NCBI GenBank assembly: GCA_964444375.1
Contig: CAYUGX010000003.1
Coordinates: 1-46,858 of the forward strand
Direction: 5' to 3'
From: an uncultured Porphyromonadaceae bacterium
GTDB taxonomy: Bacteria; Bacteroidota; Bacteroidia; Bacteroidales; UBA12481
DNA length: 46,858 nt
Both the position numbers and the translations under genes were made by a program. The stretch's first letter is position 1, and each line of letters begins with the position of its first letter. Below, piece after piece: positions 43,898-46,858 of the stretch. The notes beneath the pieces were generated by a model. It made no database searches, had not been told where the DNA came from, and saw nothing but the letters and a program-made list of their open reading frames with translations.

Positions 43898-46390
43898 ATG
43901 ACAGCAACTTTAGGCAAAATCCTGCTTAAAGTTTTTGTCGTTCTATCCTTTTGTTTTTTTTCAATGGCCCAAAGCCATGGGCAGATTATCAGAATCAATG
44001 TTGAAGAGAAGCCGTTATATGAAGTCCTGGTTGAGCTAAATCAAAACTATGGAATCCAGTTTTCTATGGACCATAGAATTGGAACCGGTTGTTTAATAAC
44101 AGAATCGACTGGCTTTCAAAATGCTGAAGCTGCCATTCAGGAACTGATTGGTAGATGCAATTTAAGGTATGAAATCATAGAGGGTGTATTTATCATCAAT
44201 AAAAAACCAAAAGAAAATTACAAGAAACCCAGGCCGGTAACGCATACCTATTCAGGACAATTAATTGATGCTTTTAATACGGAACCCTTACCCTATTCAA
44301 ACCTGGTTCTCAACGAGACAAATCTGATTGCCGATGCCAATGGTAACTTTTCATTCATCACGGGCAATGAGAATGAAAGACTTAAAGTATCTTATGTAGG
44401 CTACTATCAACTTGATACCATCATTACAAAAGGGAACAATCAACAAATCAAACTAACCCCTTCAATTATTGGTCTAAATGAAGTTATTGTTACTTCCGAT
44501 GCGAATGTGATGAATGCAGTAACTGGTGAAAAATCAGGCCTCATTAAGATAAATCAACAGGTAGCTTCCTTTCTGCCTGGTAATCGGAACAATACCTTGT
44601 TTAACATGCTGCGCCTTCATCCGGGTATATTGGCAGCTTCTGAGCAAACAGGTGACTATAGTTTTTGGGGTAGCTATAGAGGTCATAACCTGGTTCTTTT
44701 CGATGGTATTACCCTTTTCAGCGCTAGCAGTCTAAATAATGAGATTGGCGTGGTCAATCCTTTAATGGTAAAAGACATTGAGGTCTTAAAAGGTGGCTAC
44801 GATGTAGATCAAGGTGATCGAGTAGGCGGCATCGTAAAAATGACCGGCCTTTTTGGAAGCGACAAAGATTATATTGCCAAACTGAATGTAAATAGCCAAA
44901 CAGTCAACGGATACCTCAACGTACCTGTGGCTCATAGAATTGCTGTTCAGGCCGCCGTACGGCAATCTTACTATCAACTATTGGATTGGAGACAAATACT
45001 CACTAAGGTATCAGATGATAAAGGCAACGCCTATTATCCAGAAAACGCCTTCCGTGATGCCAATTTTAAAGTTTCGAGCCGTACCAAGTCAGGCGATGAC
45101 ATCATGATTAGCCTGATCGGTGCGAATGAAAGTTCTGCGGTAAAAGCTTTTAACAACAACGGTAATGAGGAAATCCCATGGGAGAGAAGTATTGAGAAGC
45201 AACAATGGGGGGGGAGCATAAACTATTCTAGAAATTGGAACCGGGCTGGACGAACACTGCTCAAGACAGCCTATACCAGCTTAAAGAGCAATTCATTCGA
45301 CCGGAAAGCCAATATCCAGAATCAAGGCCAGGGCCAGAACAACAAAAGAAGCTACTTTAGGTATAACTCTATCAGGGAATTATCATTTAAGGTCGATCAC
45401 CAGTTACCCACTGTAGGCAGTCACTCTTTGAAAGCTGGTGTAAGTGCCACGGGGAATGCCGGTAGTTTCATTGAAGATATAGTCAAAATTCTAAATGCCG
45501 ATCAGATTAAACTGGCCCCCCGCTATAGTTTATATATCAAGGATCTCATCACCATTGGGGAACACATAGATATTCAACCTGGGGTGAAATTCGACTACAT
45601 TCCCGTTTTGAAGCAGCAATATTTGCAACCCAGGATGGATGCAAATATCTCCTTAAATCAAAAATGGAGAATCAATTTGGCCTGGGGCTTGTACAACCAG
45701 TATATCTCTGAAGTGGCTGTGTACGATGATCTCCAAAATGTACATTACTTCTGGGATGTAGTGGATACACCTGACTCAAGAGTATTGCAGGGCATGCACA
45801 GTGTATTGGGGCTAGCCTACAAATTCAATGGTCTTGAATTCAGTTCTGAAGGATTTTACAAGACAACCGACAATCTTAGCAGGTTAAACATAGATCCGAA
45901 AACCAGAAACCTTCGGATTCGTTATGGCAATGCCAGATCTTATGGGATTGATTTTTACATCAAAAAGGAGCTTAATCAGCACGATCTCTGGATCTCCTAT
46001 ACAATCAGTCGAACTGAGGAAAGCTTTCCTGAATACGGCCAAAAGGAATATCTGCGTGCCATTCATGATCAAACGCATGAAGTCAAAGCCGCAGGCATCT
46101 TCAATCTGAAACCATGGTATTTTTCAGTCAATTATATTTTTGGTTCTGGTTTAGTGAATTCTCTGAGAACCCCCGAGGACAAGATTATCCCCTACAATCG
46201 ACTGGATGCAGCCCTACTCTACAGGTTTAATACTAAAAGTTTCAACCTTGAGAGTGGGCTTTCCATTGTCAATGTGCTCAATACAAGAAACTTAGGCTAC
46301 AGTGGTTTCTCCAACCTACTGGATGGCCGTAAATTGTACGCCAGAAGTATTCCGTTTACACCCAGCATATTTCTAACCATTAGTTTTTAA
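43898..46390 (+). CDS. TonB-dependent receptor with an N-terminal STN signalling domain and a carboxypeptidase-regulatory-like domain
   Basis: The ATG at 43898 gives the signal peptide MTATLGKILLKVFVVLSFCFFSMAQ (the listed start at 43862 is a TTG). It has an STN-like segment (INVEEKPLYEVLVELNQNYGIQFSMD...VFIINKK) and a CarbopepD_reg-like segment (YSGQLIDAFNTEPLPYSNLVL...ANGNFSF). It has plug motifs (VEVLKGGYDVDQGDRVGG) and a terminal beta-strand ending in F. Confidence 0.75.
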   Translation: MTATLGKILLKVFVVLSFCFFSMAQSHGQIIRINVEEKPLYEVLVELNQNYGIQFSMDHRIGTGCLITESTGFQNAEAAIQELIGRCNLRYEIIEGVFIINKKPKENYKKPRPVTHTYSGQLIDAFNTEPLPYSNLVLNETNLIADANGNFSFITGNENERLKVSYVGYYQLDTIITKGNNQQIKLTPSIIGLNEVIVTSDANVMNAVTGEKSGLIKINQQVASFLPGNRNNTLFNMLRLHPGILAASEQTGDYSFWGSYRGHNLVLFDGITLFSASSLNNEIGVVNPLMVKDIEVLKGGYDVDQGDRVGGIVKMTGLFGSDKDYIAKLNVNSQTVNGYLNVPVAHRIAVQAAVRQSYYQLLDWRQILTKVSDDKGNAYYPENAFRDANFKVSSRTKSGDDIMISLIGANESSAVKAFNNNGNEEIPWERSIEKQQWGGSINYSRNWNRAGRTLLKTAYTSLKSNSFDRKANIQNQGQGQNNKRSYFRYNSIRELSFKVDHQLPTVGSHSLKAGVSATGNAGSFIEDIVKILNADQIKLAPRYSLYIKDLITIGEHIDIQPGVKFDYIPVLKQQYLQPRMDANISLNQKWRINLAWGLYNQYISEVAVYDDLQNVHYFWDVVDTPDSRVLQGMHSVLGLAYKFNGLEFSSEGFYKTTDNLSRLNIDPKTRNLRIRYGNARSYGIDFYIKKELNQHDLWISYTISRTEESFPEYGQKEYLRAIHDQTHEVKAAGIFNLKPWYFSVNYIFGSGLVNSLRTPEDKIIPYNRLDAALLYRFNTKSFNLESGLSIVNVLNTRNLGYSGFSNLLDGRKLYARSIPFTPSIFLTISF

Positions 46391-46439
46391 TAGCTGTGTG
46401 ACTTATCACGCTACTGTTTATGGAGCGAGTTCCATCCGA

Positions 46440-46858
46440 TCAAATTTTGTACCCCAGTCTCAAAGCCATCACACCTGGAGTTTCCACTGAAAAACCAAAG
46501 ATGAAGTGATCAATTTCAGCCATGATTCCTGAACACAAGCCAAATTCCATCACTGGTGGCCTGGTTTCTCCATTACGCTCCTCAACATGACCATTAATTC
46601 CCACTAAGAGCATGAAATAGGGTCTGAACTTTTTCACCTCTTTGCGCAAATAGATCCTGGGTCCCACAAGCACATTCAGCGATTGAAGAGATCCCCTGGC
46701 ACCCGATAAAAAAGCGCTGGTGATCTTTGAGCTTGAATAAGATACCTGCCCCAATAGATCGAGGTTCTGTCGCAAGTAAAAACCCGGATTATAAGCAAGA
46801 TGAAAACTCAGGCTTTCATCTAAAAGAACTGATCCCACGCCAATTGTGCCTTGATGAG
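46440..46858 (-). CDS. Outer-membrane beta-barrel (porin-family-like) protein; 5' end lies beyond the window
   Basis: The frame stays open to nt 46858 (H-Q-G-T-I-G precedes the listed GTG at 46838). The sequence shows the alternating hydrophobic pattern of beta-strands (FGFSVETPGVMALRLGYKI at the C-terminus). The family is not identified. Confidence 0.4.
   Translation of the reverse strand, partial: HQGTIGVGSVLLDESLSFHLAYNPGFYLRQNLDLLGQVSYSSSKITSAFLSGARGSLQSLNVLVGPRIYLRKEVKKFRPYFMLLVGINGHVEERNGETRPPVMEFGLCSGIMAEIDHFIFGFSVETPGVMALRLGYKI

Noticed and set aside
1-46858. Mobile element, prophage, genomic-island or defence-system signals.
   Set aside because: I saw no integrase, transposase, terminal inverted repeats, tRNA-flanked boundary, restriction/modification, toxin-antitoxin, Cas or other defence-type domains in any of the six frames.

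Overview
All family calls come from reading motifs by eye; no database search was run. The window looks like a chromosomal segment of a polysaccharide-degrading Bacteroidota genome. Evidence for that: SusC/SusD pair, hybrid two-component regulator with AraC output, many lipoprotein and TAT signals, TAnnTTTG-type promoter boxes. I support about 29 protein-coding genes and found no rRNA, tRNA, CRISPR array, transposase, integrase or recognisable defence gene.

Content in order:
- 1-11448 (+): a run of secreted carbohydrate-active genes. These are a GH95-like fragment, an unassignable 756-aa lipoprotein, an SGNH-esterase fusion, a 1376-aa GH106-like fusion and a small NAD(P)-binding protein.
- 11461-18281: four consecutive periplasmic beta-propeller proteins in two divergent pairs. 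The minus-strand pair is an HzsA-like tri-haem protein translationally coupled to a propeller/di-haem peroxidase fusion. This reproduces the domain inventory of anammox hydrazine synthase in a non-anammox context and is my top candidate for an undescribed system.
- 18257-19441 (-): an EFR1-type ferredoxin and a DUF2141-like protein.
- 19627-19703: a register-perfect 11 x 7-bp CCCARNA tandem repeat (G-quadruplex motif on the opposite strand), ending 10 nt before a saccharopine-dehydrogenase-family gene.
- 20935-37897: a two-armed PUL. One arm is TAT-exported Gfo/Idh/MocA oxidoreductase, S1 sulfatase, GH2 and a beta-helix protein. It converges on SusD, SusC and the HTCS regulator.
- 38005-41267: a URO-D-like paralog, a TAT-exported xylose-isomerase-like TIM barrel, a cold-shock-domain protein and glutathione peroxidase.
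- 41415-46390: a lipoprotein built from three 80-aa Cys-bracketed repeats, followed by an ECF sigma, a FecR anti-sigma and an STN-domain TonB-dependent receptor.
- 46440-46858 (-): an outer-membrane beta-barrel fragment at the window edge.
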